In this document: positions 20,001 to 29,301 of the stretch, piece after piece
Layout: the number at the start of each line of letters is the position of its first letter
How positions within the stretch are numbered: the stretch's first letter is position 1
Origin: Candidatus Nanopelagicales bacterium
GTDB taxonomy: Bacteria; Actinomycetota; Actinomycetes; S36-B12
Direction of reading: 5' to 3'
DNA: 64,000 nt
Assembly (NCBI GenBank): GCA_040398845.1
Contig: JBBATH010000010.1
Location: forward strand, 2,456 to 66,455
Program-made: the position numbers and the translations under genes
The notes under the pieces: model-generated
Seen by the model: only the letters and a program-made list of their open reading frames with translations
Told to the model about the DNA's origin: nothing
The model's database searches: none

Positions 20001-20258
20001 TCCCGCGAACCGGTCATCGGAGCCGATGGCCTCCCCACTGGGGAGATCTCGAAGGCCTATGTGCAGGATCTCGTCACTGCTTTCCGTGCACGTATCGATG
20101 AACTCCTCAGTCGCGGGGCGATCATCTACATCTGCGGTGATGCCGCAGGCATGGCGGCCGGGGTGCGGGCTAGCTTCGGTGACGACGTGGTCGACGATCT
20201 GCGTTCACGCGGCCAGTACATGGAGGATGTCTGGAGCAGTACCTTTTCACACGCGTGA
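17016..20258 (+). pseudogene. CYP102-like self-sufficient cytochrome P450 / NADPH-P450 reductase fusion interrupted by an in-frame TAG at 19554-19556
   Basis: Haem loop FGDGIRACIGQGF. Flavodoxin-like LTVAYGSEGGTCHQIAR. FAD domain RSTRHVEISLPEGMTYETGDHL. After the TAG, in the same frame: RRRYSISSSP, GAGTGIAPFRGF, YICGDAAGMA, YMEDVW. Confidence 0.75.
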
Positions 20259-20320
20259 ATCCGCGGCCTAGGCTCGTGAAGTACTCGACCGATACGAAGC
20301 GAGGAAGATTCGCGGTACGC

Positions 20321-20342
20321 GGCTCGTGCACGGCCACGAGCC
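20321..20342. terminator. GC hairpin between convergent genes (GGCTCGTG-cacggc-CACGAGCC)
   Basis: Perfect 8-bp stem with a 6-nt loop and no clear U-tract. Confidence 0.25.
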
Positions 20343-20653
20343 CCAACGCACGGCGCCACCCGGCTTGAGTCCGAAGAGCCGGAGCTGATCGCCATGAGGG
20401 GACGCAGGTCGGCATCCGCTGCGGTCTAGCCGACGTCGAGGAGAATTCCGAACTCCGACACCCTGCGCAGAACGCTGTTGAATGACGGGCCCGCTCCAGG
20501 CCGTAGTACAGATCCCGCAGGGCGTTCGCGTGTTCGACCCGAAGCCGCGGGATCACATCGGAGCGCACGGAGAACGCTGCCAGGTCCGGGAACTCGCTGA
20601 AATTGACGGGAGCGCTGAGTTGCCGCGCGAGAGGTGACGTGACCTCCCGTGGT

Positions 20654-21358
20654 TCATTCGGGTCGTGTCCGGTGCTCTGCCCGACCTCGGGCAGACTCGA
20701 CGACGGGTCCGCGGGAGCCGTCCCGGTTGACGCTGTGGCGACCACCGGGATCGACATCCGGCACCTGGTCGGACAGATCGCGACGCCCGGCAGCGGACAA
20801 CAGAGCAGCCAGTCGAGCCCGAACACCGCCCGGCTCCGTCGATGACGCCAGAGCCATTTGCTCCGCCATGACGCCGTCAGCCTCGAGCATTCCCCGCAGT
20901 CGTGCCCACCCCTGCGACGCCGGCACTTCGACGACGGACTCCCAATCGCCGAGCGTCTCCAGTAGTGCCACGTCTACCGGCGTGAGGCGAGCCTTCGCAC
21001 GGGCCGTCCGCGTGGGGCGCGACACGAACCTGACCAGTCCCGTCGACTCCGGTGCACGCGCGGGAACAGCAACGTGCGCCCGGCGGGGAACCTGCGTTGA
21101 CAGCACTAGGTCGTTGGCGGCGGACAGCCCGGCAGGACCCACAGCGCTCGAGCCAACAAGTTCGCGAACCAGAGCGTCAGCATGCGGAGGGCTCATGCCC
21201 AAAGGTGTCTGCACGCCGCGCCAGTACATGCCCTTGCGGACGCGCATGAGCTCACTGCGCACCGCCAGATCCGTGAGCAGATGCTGCGCCGCCGACGCAG
21301 ACGAGCCCGGAAAGTCGGTAAGGCGCCAGAATCGGTTCGAGCTTCGCAGAACGCGCAC
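20654..21358 (-). CDS. AbiEi-like / DUF6088-like putative antitoxin (type IV TA family)
   Basis: GTG at 21358. N-terminus RFWRLTDFPGSSASAAQHLLTDLAVRSELMRVRKGMYWRG is typical of AbiEi-type winged-HTH proteins. The C-terminal tail looks like run-on sequence. Confidence 0.5.
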   Translation of the reverse strand: MRVLRSSNRFWRLTDFPGSSASAAQHLLTDLAVRSELMRVRKGMYWRGVQTPLGMSPPHADALVRELVGSSAVGPAGLSAANDLVLSTQVPRRAHVAVPARAPESTGLVRFVSRPTRTARAKARLTPVDVALLETLGDWESVVEVPASQGWARLRGMLEADGVMAEQMALASSTEPGGVRARLAALLSAAGRRDLSDQVPDVDPGGRHSVNRDGSRGPVVESARGRAEHRTRPE

Positions 21359-21551
21359 GGTCGACCGCCACTGCTGCGTATGCTGTTTGTGACTGCACTG
21401 TCGCTGCTCAGGTCTCCAGCAGCCGGGCGCCGGGCTTCTCATCGCCGTGGCCTGATCATGCAATGGCGGCCGCTCCGTGCTGGGCCCATGTGCCCGCGTC
21501 AGAGTTCGCGATGACGATCTCCCCCAGCCCCGGAGGCCGGTGAGGGTCCGC

Positions 21552-21824
21552 CTACTCGTAGTGATAGCGGCAAGCGGCTATTCGGATCTCGTCGCCGGTT
21601 ACCTTATAGATCAGTCGGTGCTCGTCGGTGATGCGTCGAGACCAGTAGCCGTGGAATCCGTGCTTGAGGGCCTCGGGCTTCCCGATGCCAACGTTGGGTT
21701 CACCAATTTCTCCGGCGCGTGCGCTGTCATTTAGCAGCGCATTCACGCGCTTGAGCACTCGCCGGTCCTGTTCCTGCCAGTAGATGTAGTCGGACCAGGC
21801 GTGTTCATCCCATAGGAATCTCAC
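21552..21824 (-). CDS. yoeB: Type II toxin, YoeB/Txe family
   Basis: 90 aa: WSDYIYWQEQDRRVLKRVNALL...GIGKPEALKHGFHGYWSRRITDEHRLIYKV. It overlaps the upstream antitoxin gene by 4 nt. Confidence 0.9.
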   Translation of the reverse strand: MRFLWDEHAWSDYIYWQEQDRRVLKRVNALLNDSARAGEIGEPNVGIGKPEALKHGFHGYWSRRITDEHRLIYKVTGDEIRIAACRYHYE

Positions 21825-22072
21825 TCAGCGAGGGCGTGCTGGCTGCCACTGCCGGATTCCAGTCGCTCAATAGACCCGAGCAGGCGACGTGCGTTCGCGG
21901 GGTTGCGCAGCAGGTAGGCGGTCTCCTTGAGTGACTCGTAGTCTTGAAGCGACACGATCACGACCGGTTCGTGGCCGGCGCGAGTGACGATAACCTCCTC
22001 CCGATCCGCGATTACCGCATCGAGGGTGGAGGCAAAGTTCTCGCGTGTGTGCGTGTACGACAGTGTTCTCAT
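21821..22072 (-). CDS. yefM: Type II antitoxin, YefM/Phd family
   Basis: 83 aa: MRTLSYTHTRENFASTLDAVIADREEVIVTRAGHEPVVIVSLQDYESLKETAYLLRNPANARRL. Confidence 0.9.
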   Translation of the reverse strand: MRTLSYTHTRENFASTLDAVIADREEVIVTRAGHEPVVIVSLQDYESLKETAYLLRNPANARRLLGSIERLESGSGSQHALAE

Positions 22073-22203
22073 GACACTCCTTCCGTACAGAAAACTGTAC
22101 AGTGCTCGTTGGCCTCAGGGCAATGCTGGGTGATGACCGGACTGGGCTGATGGCGGTTGAGTTGGAATCCGCCAGAAGTGGGTGACGGTGTCAAGGGCGT
22201 GCT

Positions 22204-22665
22204 TCACCAGAAGATGGGCGTCGAGTTCAGTTCGGTCTCGGTGAGTGGGTGGTCGAGCCAGCCGAGTTCGACGGGCACGTCGTAGAGGCGTCCGGGTGCG
22301 AATCTGGGCCAGAAGTGCCGCATTCCCGGGACGAGCACCTTGACGACCGAAAGGCCGATGTCGTGGGTGGTGTCGGGCCCGGTGGGCAAAAGATGCGATT
22401 GCCCGTCCATCGACTCCATCGCCCACCACACGGCCTCGGGCTCGCTCGGGCCGGGCGGCTCAGCCCCTTGCGCGAGCCGCTGGTCGAGTGCGTCTCCCAT
22501 CTGGAGCATCTGGTTCATCTCGGTGAGGGCACGCAGCAGGGCGCCTCGTGCATCGCGATGCATCGCCTTGTGGGTCTGGTTCCAGCGCTCGCGGTCGGCG
22601 AACTGCGCCTCGCTGAACAGTTGCACCGAGTTCGCGGCGATGGCGTCGGGGCCGAGCTCGGACAT
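22204..22665 (-). pseudogene. YcaO-domain protein remnant (C-terminal part only)
   Basis: C-terminus GLSVVKVLVPGMRHFW...GRLYDVPVELGWL...ELNSTPIFW matches the YcaO C-terminal pattern (vvRvivPGl...RlyevP..lG...lNp.PhPf). The open frame reaches only to a stop at 22897, far short of a full YcaO (about 400 aa or more). Confidence 0.55.
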
Positions 22666-22996
22666 GAGGGCCTTGCCACCTGCACCCTGACGAAAGCCTG
22701 CGGCGGACCCGCCCTTGCGGACCTGCGCGAGGTTGACGCCCGACCGGCAGGCTGTTCTTCCTCCAACGTCTCCTTCGACGCGCCGCGAAGAGCACGCCGC
22801 TGCCGCAAGCGATGAGGCCCTGGATGCATCGTCGGCATGAGCCCGGGCATCGACGACGAAGCCATGATCGCGAAGGATCTCGACGGCAGCCGGGACCTAA
22901 TCGCGCGTCGCCGTGCCAGCGGCCACCATGAACTCGGTGATCTCCGGAAGTGTCAGACGGCCGTTGAGATGCTCGGCAAGGTTGTGGAACAGCACA

Positions 22997-23275
22997 CCGG
23001 TCACTTTGTAGTTCAGTCGGTGCTCGTCAGTGGCGCGTCGAGACCAGTAGCCGTGGAATCTGTGCTTGAGAGCCTCGGGCTTGCCGATGGCGATGTTCGG
23101 CTCACCACCAGTCGTTCGATAGACCCGAGCAGTCGGCGCGCGTTCGCGTAGCTACGTAACAGGTATGCAGTCTCCCTGAGCGATTCGTAGTCTTGAAGCG
23201 ACACGATGACGACCGGTTCGTGGCCGGCGCGGGTGATGACAATCTCCTCCCGATCCGCGACTACCGCATCAAAGG
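22997..23275 (-). pseudogene. Second, internally deleted yefM-yoeB copy
   Basis: 22997-23108 is near-identical by eye to 21594-21705 (yoeB 3' half). 23110-23270 matches 21861-22021 (yefM). The equivalent of 21706-21860 is missing, and the yefM 5' end is absent. Confidence 0.75.
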
Positions 23276-23294
23276 TACCGATCCGTACACGGCT

Positions 23295-23999
23295 TTAGGC
23301 CCGAACTACAGCGTCGATAATCAAGGCTGCTCCCACGAGCCCCGCTGACCACAGGATCACGGGAGACCCAGCACTCTTGCTGGACCAGCGGGAGATTCGC
23401 TCAAGGACAGGATCGAGTCTGGCTGAACCGGCACGGCGAAGCACGGTCAAGATGAGTGCGGGCAAAATCATCAGGATGCAATAGCCCGCGACCACGAGTG
23501 CAGACTCCGCTACGGAGAAGTCGGCCCGCGAGATGAGCACGATTGCTCCTATGTAGGGCAGCATTGATGCTGCCTCAATCGCCACGGCTGATACCGCAAG
23601 TGTGAACAGGGGTCGAAGGGGCGCGCCCGGCTCCAAAGCGCGCTTTCGCCAAGAACTCACCTTGCTTGATGCCGATTGCTTGGGGCGACGGCTGCGCCGG
23701 ACGGCGAAGATGATCAGAGCGAGACCAAGGAGCGCTTCAAGGATCAAGCCTGTCGTGAACGCCTGGGGAGACTGCAGTGCTGCCGCGGCGGCATCCGTGA
23801 CTCCGAGAAGTGCGACCCCGATGGCGAAGTACAGACCAGCCACGATGGCCAGATAGGCGAGCATGCGTCCGAGTGAGGGCCTGCCAGGTGCTAGCAGCAA
23901 GAGAACGGGGATAACCAGAGTCCCGATGCTTGTGCTGTCGGCGAGCGCAAGGAGCGGCAGTGCCAGAAGTGACGCGTCCACGAGATTCAACACTGCCAT
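23295..23999 (-). CDS. GAP family (Sap-like) integral membrane protein
   Basis: ATG at 23999. Multi-pass hydrophobic protein ([33 protein letters not shown]...) with a central basic loop RRSRRPKQS. Confidence 0.55.
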   Translation of the reverse strand: MAVLNLVDASLLALPLLALADSTSIGTLVIPVLLLLAPGRPSLGRMLAYLAIVAGLYFAIGVALLGVTDAAAAALQSPQAFTTGLILEALLGLALIIFAVRRSRRPKQSASSKVSSWRKRALEPGAPLRPLFTLAVSAVAIEAASMLPYIGAIVLISRADFSVAESALVVAGYCILMILPALILTVLRRAGSARLDPVLERISRWSSKSAGSPVILWSAGLVGAALIIDAVVRA

Positions 24000-24127
24000 G
24001 CCCGCGGTTGGGAGGCAAAGCCCGGCCGCCAGGCATCGGCATGCATCGGCGCCGCACATCGCGACCGTGCATCATTGGGGTATCGCGCCGCGCGGACCGC
24101 CGGCCACGACCAGACAGCAGGGGCTCA

Positions 24128-26191
24128 GTGACGAACCGACTCGACCAGGAGACCTCGCCATACCTGTTGCAGCACAGGGGCAACCCGGTCGATTGGTGGC
24201 CGTGGTCTGATGAGGCATTCGACGAGGCGCGTCGTCGAAACGTCCCGATCTTTCTTTCTATCGGATACTCGGCTTGTCACTGGTGCCATGTGATGGCGCA
24301 CGAGTCCTTCGAGGACGAGGCGACGGCCGCCTACCTGAACGAGCACTACGTGAGCATCAAGGTCGATCGCGAGGAGCGACCCGACGTCGACGCCATTTAT
24401 ATGGACGCGACGATCGCGATGACCGGGCATGGCGGATGGCCGATGAGCGTGTTCCTAGACAACGAGGCACGTCCGTTCTATGCCGGTACCTACTTCCCGC
24501 CGGAGCCGAGGCACCAGATGCCATCGTTCGGCCAGATACTGCAGTCGATATCAACAGCCTGGACTGATCGGCGCAGCGAGGTCGAGTCAACGGCTACCCG
24601 GATGATCGAGGCATTGCGTTCACGCAGCGGGCCCGTCGGTGATGCACCGCCCCCCGATGACGAGGCGCTCACTGCCGCCGTGGCACTCCTCGAAGGTGAC
24701 TTCGACACTCGCTGGGGTGGGTTCGGGTCGGCCCCGAAATTCCCACCGTCCATGCTTCTTGAGTTCTTGCTGCGCGAGGCCGCTCGTACCCGCAGCCTCG
24801 AGGCGATCACCATGGCCGAGTGGACCCTCACTGCAATGGCGCGCGGCGGCATCTACGACCAGCTCGGCGGCGGGTTTGCGCGCTACTCGGTCGACGCCGA
24901 ATGGGTGGTGCCGCACTTTGAGAAGATGCTCTACGACAATGCCCTTCTCCTGCGTGACTATGTGCACTGGTGGCGGCTGACGAGGTCGCCGCTCGCGGAG
25001 AGGGTCGTGTGCGAGACAGCCGAGTTCCTCCTGCGCGAGATGCGGACCCCTGAGGGTGCCTTCGCATCAGCACTCGATGCCGACAGTGAGGGGGAGGAGG
25101 GTCGCTTCTACTCATGGACGCCGGAGCAGCTCATCGAGGTACTCGGTCCAGTCGACGGTGACTGGGCTGCAACGCTGTTTACTGTCACCGCCGCGGGCAC
25201 CTTCGAGCACGGAGCCTCGACCCTGCAACTGCCGCACGACCCCGAGGATTGGGACCGCTGGGCCAGGGTTCGCGCGGCCCTCATGGCGGCGCGCGACCTG
25301 CGAGTGCGTCCTGGTCGCGATGAGAAGGTCGTCGCCGAATGGAATGGCCTCGCGATCGCGGCGCTCGCCGACGCGGGTGCGATCTTCGACGAGCCTGCCT
25401 GGATCGACGCGGCGGCCCGGGCGGCCGGAGTGATCACCGCGGTGCACCTTGGAGCGAGCAGGCCGGGCCGCCTGTCCCGCACATCACGCGATGGCCGCCC
25501 CGGTCGAAACGATGGCGTCCTGAGCGACTACGGCGGCGTCGCCGAGGGATTCCTCACGCTGTTCCAGGTGACCGGTGATGCTCGCTGGCTTGAGATCGCC
25601 GGACAACTCATTGACGTTGCTGTCGAGCACTTTGCTGACGGGGATGGCGGGTTCTTCGACACGGCAGACGACGCCCAGGTGCTTATGCGCCGGCCACGTG
25701 ACCCGGCGGACAGCGCTGAGCCATCTGGCTGGTTCTCGGTGGCGAATGCCTGCGTTTCGTATTCGGCGATCACCGGTGAAATGAGCTATCGGGCGGTTGC
25801 CGAGCGGGCGCTCGGAGTCGCCACCCTGGCCGCGCAGCGCTCGCCGCGAGCGGCCGGATCGGGGCTCTCGACGGCCTCCGCGTTGCTTGCCGGGCCGCTG
25901 GAGATAGCGATCGTTGGAGACCCGGGAGCAGATGACACCACGCTGCTGCGTCGCATTGCCTTCGGCTCGACCTCACCAGGGGCTGTCATGGTGATTGGGT
26001 CGGGCGCCGATAACGGAACGCGCGAGCAGGTGCCGCTGCTACGCGATCGGCCGCTCGTCGGCGGCGGGGCCGCCGCGTACGTGTGCCGGGGATTCGTCTG
26101 CCAGCGCCCTGAGACATCGGCCGAGGGACTTGCCCAACTCGTCCAGACGCACCCCGCATTCTTCACCCAGAAGGGGACGGCCGGCGAGTAG
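24128..26191 (+). CDS. Thioredoxin-domain protein, DUF255/YyaL family
   Basis: [58 protein letters not shown]. The start is approximate (GTG 24128; ATG 24041 is possible). Confidence 0.85.
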   Translation: MTNRLDQETSPYLLQHRGNPVDWWPWSDEAFDEARRRNVPIFLSIGYSACHWCHVMAHESFEDEATAAYLNEHYVSIKVDREERPDVDAIYMDATIAMTGHGGWPMSVFLDNEARPFYAGTYFPPEPRHQMPSFGQILQSISTAWTDRRSEVESTATRMIEALRSRSGPVGDAPPPDDEALTAAVALLEGDFDTRWGGFGSAPKFPPSMLLEFLLREAARTRSLEAITMAEWTLTAMARGGIYDQLGGGFARYSVDAEWVVPHFEKMLYDNALLLRDYVHWWRLTRSPLAERVVCETAEFLLREMRTPEGAFASALDADSEGEEGRFYSWTPEQLIEVLGPVDGDWAATLFTVTAAGTFEHGASTLQLPHDPEDWDRWARVRAALMAARDLRVRPGRDEKVVAEWNGLAIAALADAGAIFDEPAWIDAAARAAGVITAVHLGASRPGRLSRTSRDGRPGRNDGVLSDYGGVAEGFLTLFQVTGDARWLEIAGQLIDVAVEHFADGDGGFFDTADDAQVLMRRPRDPADSAEPSGWFSVANACVSYSAITGEMSYRAVAERALGVATLAAQRSPRAAGSGLSTASALLAGPLEIAIVGDPGADDTTLLRRIAFGSTSPGAVMVIGSGADNGTREQVPLLRDRPLVGGGAAAYVCRGFVCQRPETSAEGLAQLVQTHPAFFTQKGTAGE

Positions 26192-26274
26192 CAGTGTGAG
26201 GGAACCGGTGATGAGCCTGATAACGGCGATCGTTCTCCCACGTTGGCTTGCCGTGAGCGGTAGCCTATTGACCT

Positions 26275-27036
26275 GTGGGCCTCTCGGATCTGATCTATCG
26301 CGTGTACGAGCGACAGCTCGCCACTCAGATCCCGCCCGACCGCAGTCCGCGTCACGTCGGCATCATCCTCGACGGAAACCGAAGGTGGGCGGAGGCGCAG
26401 GGCTCCAGCTCATCGGCAGGTCATCGAGCCGGCGCCGCCAAGATCGTCGACTTTCTCGGCTGGTGCGACGAGGCGGGGGTCGAGGTCGTCACCCTGTGGC
26501 TTCTCTCGACGGATAACCTGACCAGGCCCCCCGCCGAGCTTGAAGCCCTCGTGAGCATCATCGAGGACACGGTGACTGATCTTGCCCAGCAGGCGAGGTG
26601 GCGCATCCATCCGGTTGGTGCCCTCGATCTCCTCCCTGGCCACACCTCGCGCCTGCTCAAGGAGGCAGAGGCTGCGACCCGCAACATTGACGGTGCGATC
26701 GTCAACGTTGCAGTCGGCTACGGCGGCAGGCGCGAGGTGGTCGATGCGGTGAGGTCGCTACTGCAGGAGCATGCGAGTCAGGGCACGACCCTTGATGAGC
26801 TCGCCCAGTTCATTGACGCCGAACACATTGCGGAACACCTTTATACAAAGGGCCAGCCGGACCCCGACCTAGTGATCCGCACGTCAGGGGAACAGCGTCT
26901 CTCCGGGTTCCTGCTCTGGCAGAGCGCCCACTCAGAGTTCTACTTCTGCGAGGCCTACTGGCCCGATTTTCGCAGGGTCGACTTTCTGCGGGCGATGCGT
27001 GCCTACGCCGAGCGGCAGCGGCGGTTCGGGACCTGA
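26275..27036 (+). CDS. uppS: Isoprenyl transferase (cis-prenyl diphosphate synthase, UppS family)
   Basis: HVGIILDGNRRWA, TLWLLSTDN, IRTSGEQRLSGFLLWQSAHSEFYF. Whether the product is a short-chain or C55 type cannot be decided from sequence alone. Confidence 0.85.
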   Translation: MGLSDLIYRVYERQLATQIPPDRSPRHVGIILDGNRRWAEAQGSSSSAGHRAGAAKIVDFLGWCDEAGVEVVTLWLLSTDNLTRPPAELEALVSIIEDTVTDLAQQARWRIHPVGALDLLPGHTSRLLKEAEAATRNIDGAIVNVAVGYGGRREVVDAVRSLLQEHASQGTTLDELAQFIDAEHIAEHLYTKGQPDPDLVIRTSGEQRLSGFLLWQSAHSEFYFCEAYWPDFRRVDFLRAMRAYAERQRRFGT

Positions 27037-27179
27037 GAGTTCACCCGTTGTCCATCCAAGGGCTCGGCGTGTCGTTTATCGGCGATTGCATGAGCGTTCT
27101 AGCGTGAGATGAATGGAGGGCAGCAGCCTTCCCCGATTCCGTTCCGGGCCCCGCCGGCGGTGGCCCCTAGGGAGGCCAC

Positions 27180-28499
27180 GTGCCCAGTTCGCTCAGGCTC
27201 GCTCACGAACGTCGCACCTACGTGCTTGATACGTCTGTCCTGCTGTCTGATCCCAAGGCGCTCATGCGTTTCGACGAGCACGATGTCGTGATTCCCCTCG
27301 TCGTGGTCATGGAGCTTGAGGCGAAGCGCGGTCATCCGGAACTCGGGTACTTCGCGCGGGCAGCCCTTCGGATGCTTGACGATTTGCGAATTGCCCACGG
27401 CCGGATCGATGACCCGATGCCTGTCGGCGACGCAGGTGGGAGCGTTCGGGTCGAACTCAACCACACGGACACGTCAGTGCTTCCCATGAGCCTTCAGGTG
27501 GGTGACAACGACAGCCGGATTCTTGCCGTGGCGCGTAATCTCGCCGCCGAGGGTCGTGATGTGATCCTCGTGAGCAAGGACCTGCCGATGCGCGTCAAGG
27601 CATCGGCCGTTGGGCTTACTGCCGAGGAGTATCGCGCGGAACTCGTCATCGAATCCGGCTTTACCGGGATGGCTGAGATCGATGTCGCAGCCGAGGTGGT
27701 CGATCGACTCTACGACGAGGCGATTATCGATCTTGACGCTGGCCGCGACCTGCCGTGCCACACCGGCCTTGTCCTCGTCTCCGATCGCGGGAGTGCGCTC
27801 GGTCGAGTGACCGCGGGTAAGCGGGTCCGTCTCGTCAGGGGTGACCGCGAGGCGTTTGGACTGCACGGTCGCAGTGCAGAGCAACGCATTGCCCTTGACC
27901 TGCTCCTCGATCCGGAGATCGGGATCATGTCGCTCGGTGGTCGTGCTGGCACCGGCAAGAGCGCGCTCGCCCTGTGCGCGGGGCTTGAGGCCGTCCTTGA
28001 GAGGGGACAGCATCGAAAGGTCATTGTGTTTCGTCCGCTCTTCGCGGTCGGTGGGCAGGACCTCGGATTTCTGCCTGGTTCGGAGGCGGAGAAGATGTCT
28101 CCGTGGGGCCAGGCGGTGTTCGACACGCTCGGCGCCGTGACGACCCAGGAGGTGGTCGAGGAGATCGTCGATCGTGGGCTGCTTGAGGTGCTCCCGCTCA
28201 CCCATATCCGTGGACGCTCACTTCATGACTCGTTCGTTATCGTCGACGAGGCTCAGTCCCTTGAACGGAATGTGCTCCTCACCGTGCTCTCTCGCATCGG
28301 ACGCGACAGTCGGGTGGTACTTACGCACGATGTCGCCCAGCGCGACAACCTGCGTGTCGGACGCCACGACGGAGTGGTTGCGGTGGTCGAGAAGCTCAAG
28401 GGACACCCGCTGTTCGCGCATGTGACGCTCACTCGTTCCGAGCGATCACCGATCGCAGCGCTCGTGACGGAGATGCTTGAGGATCTCGATCCCGCCTGA
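27180..28499 (+). CDS. phoH2: PhoH2: PIN-domain plus PhoH-like ATPase
   Basis: N-terminal PIN ([12 protein letters not shown]...[12 protein letters not shown]) and C-terminal P-loop ([20 protein letters not shown]). Confidence 0.9.
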   Translation: MPSSLRLAHERRTYVLDTSVLLSDPKALMRFDEHDVVIPLVVVMELEAKRGHPELGYFARAALRMLDDLRIAHGRIDDPMPVGDAGGSVRVELNHTDTSVLPMSLQVGDNDSRILAVARNLAAEGRDVILVSKDLPMRVKASAVGLTAEEYRAELVIESGFTGMAEIDVAAEVVDRLYDEAIIDLDAGRDLPCHTGLVLVSDRGSALGRVTAGKRVRLVRGDREAFGLHGRSAEQRIALDLLLDPEIGIMSLGGRAGTGKSALALCAGLEAVLERGQHRKVIVFRPLFAVGGQDLGFLPGSEAEKMSPWGQAVFDTLGAVTTQEVVEEIVDRGLLEVLPLTHIRGRSLHDSFVIVDEAQSLERNVLLTVLSRIGRDSRVVLTHDVAQRDNLRVGRHDGVVAVVEKLKGHPLFAHVTLTRSERSPIAALVTEMLEDLDPA

Positions 28500-28725
28500 A
28501 CTGCCGTGGCTCAGCGAATAACGTGGATAACTTGTGGAAACAAATGTGACCTCCGTCACGTCAAAGTTTGCGATACGTCCACGTGCGCCCTCGTAAAGAG
28601 CCGAACAATGACCGAATTGCTCTGATTTATAGTGATGTTCAACACGCTACGCCTACGTGACAGATGAGCCGACACAGGGCAAATTAGTGCAGTACTCGTC
28701 ATTTGACGCGCTCTGAGTTGGGAGA

Positions 28726-29301
28726 TTGTGCATGCGCCGGTCTCGGAGAATCATCTCCGTTGCGACAGCCGTAGCCATCCTCGTCGGTGGTCTCTCGGCA
28801 CCGGTGGCCCTCGCGGCTGACCCGGAACCGACCGCAACTCCGTCGGCATCTGCAAGTCCTGAGGCCGAGTCGCGAGCGAAGGATGCCGTGGAGGCCCTCC
28901 GGGAGCGGGAGTGGGGCTACGCGCAGGGCTTCGGCGCAGCTCGTGACACCAAGGGGCTCATGCTGAGCCTGTATCGAGGCAAGTGGTTCGTGAAGAAGGC
29001 CGACGACCGGCGCAGGTGCATCCTCAAGCGCGAGAGCCGCGCCGATTACAAGGCGGTGAGTGTCGGAGGCAAGTACCGCGGCGGCTATCAGATGAACCGG
29101 GCCCTCATGGAAGGTGCGGCCTGGATGATGATGAAGGAGGTCCGCAAAGAGATGGGTCCCGAGGGGGTCGCCATCGTGAAGGAGCTCTTTACGACGAAGA
29201 GCCATCTGTGGAATCGCTACTGGCAGGATCGCGCATTTTGGACGATCTGGGCCAAGGGTGAGGGTCGCAGTCACTGGCGCAGCAACGTCTACAACTGTTA
29301 A
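28726..29301 (+). CDS. Secreted protein of unknown function (weak transglycosylase-like GGYQ motif)
   Basis: Signal peptide [28 protein letters not shown], a Pro/Ser linker, and [14 protein letters not shown]. The antisense ORF of equal length has no such features. Confidence 0.55.
   Translation: MCMRRSRRIISVATAVAILVGGLSAPVALAADPEPTATPSASASPEAESRAKDAVEALREREWGYAQGFGAARDTKGLMLSLYRGKWFVKKADDRRRCILKRESRADYKAVSVGGKYRGGYQMNRALMEGAAWMMMKEVRKEMGPEGVAIVKELFTTKSHLWNRYWQDRAFWTIWAKGEGRSHWRSNVYNC

Noticed and set aside
20170-20826. ORF 20170..20826(-) as an intact AbiEii-type toxin.
   Set aside because: It overlaps the 3' end of the AbiEi-like gene and the end of the P450-reductase gene. Most of its sequence is wrong-frame-like, and no nucleotidyltransferase motifs are visible.
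28499-28726. A ydaO-type (cyclic-di-AMP) riboswitch upstream of the secreted cell-wall-like protein.
   Set aside because: The characteristic GC-rich conserved blocks (GGGGA..CC and GGGGUGAAUC-like segments) are absent, and the region is AT-rich and unstructured by eye.
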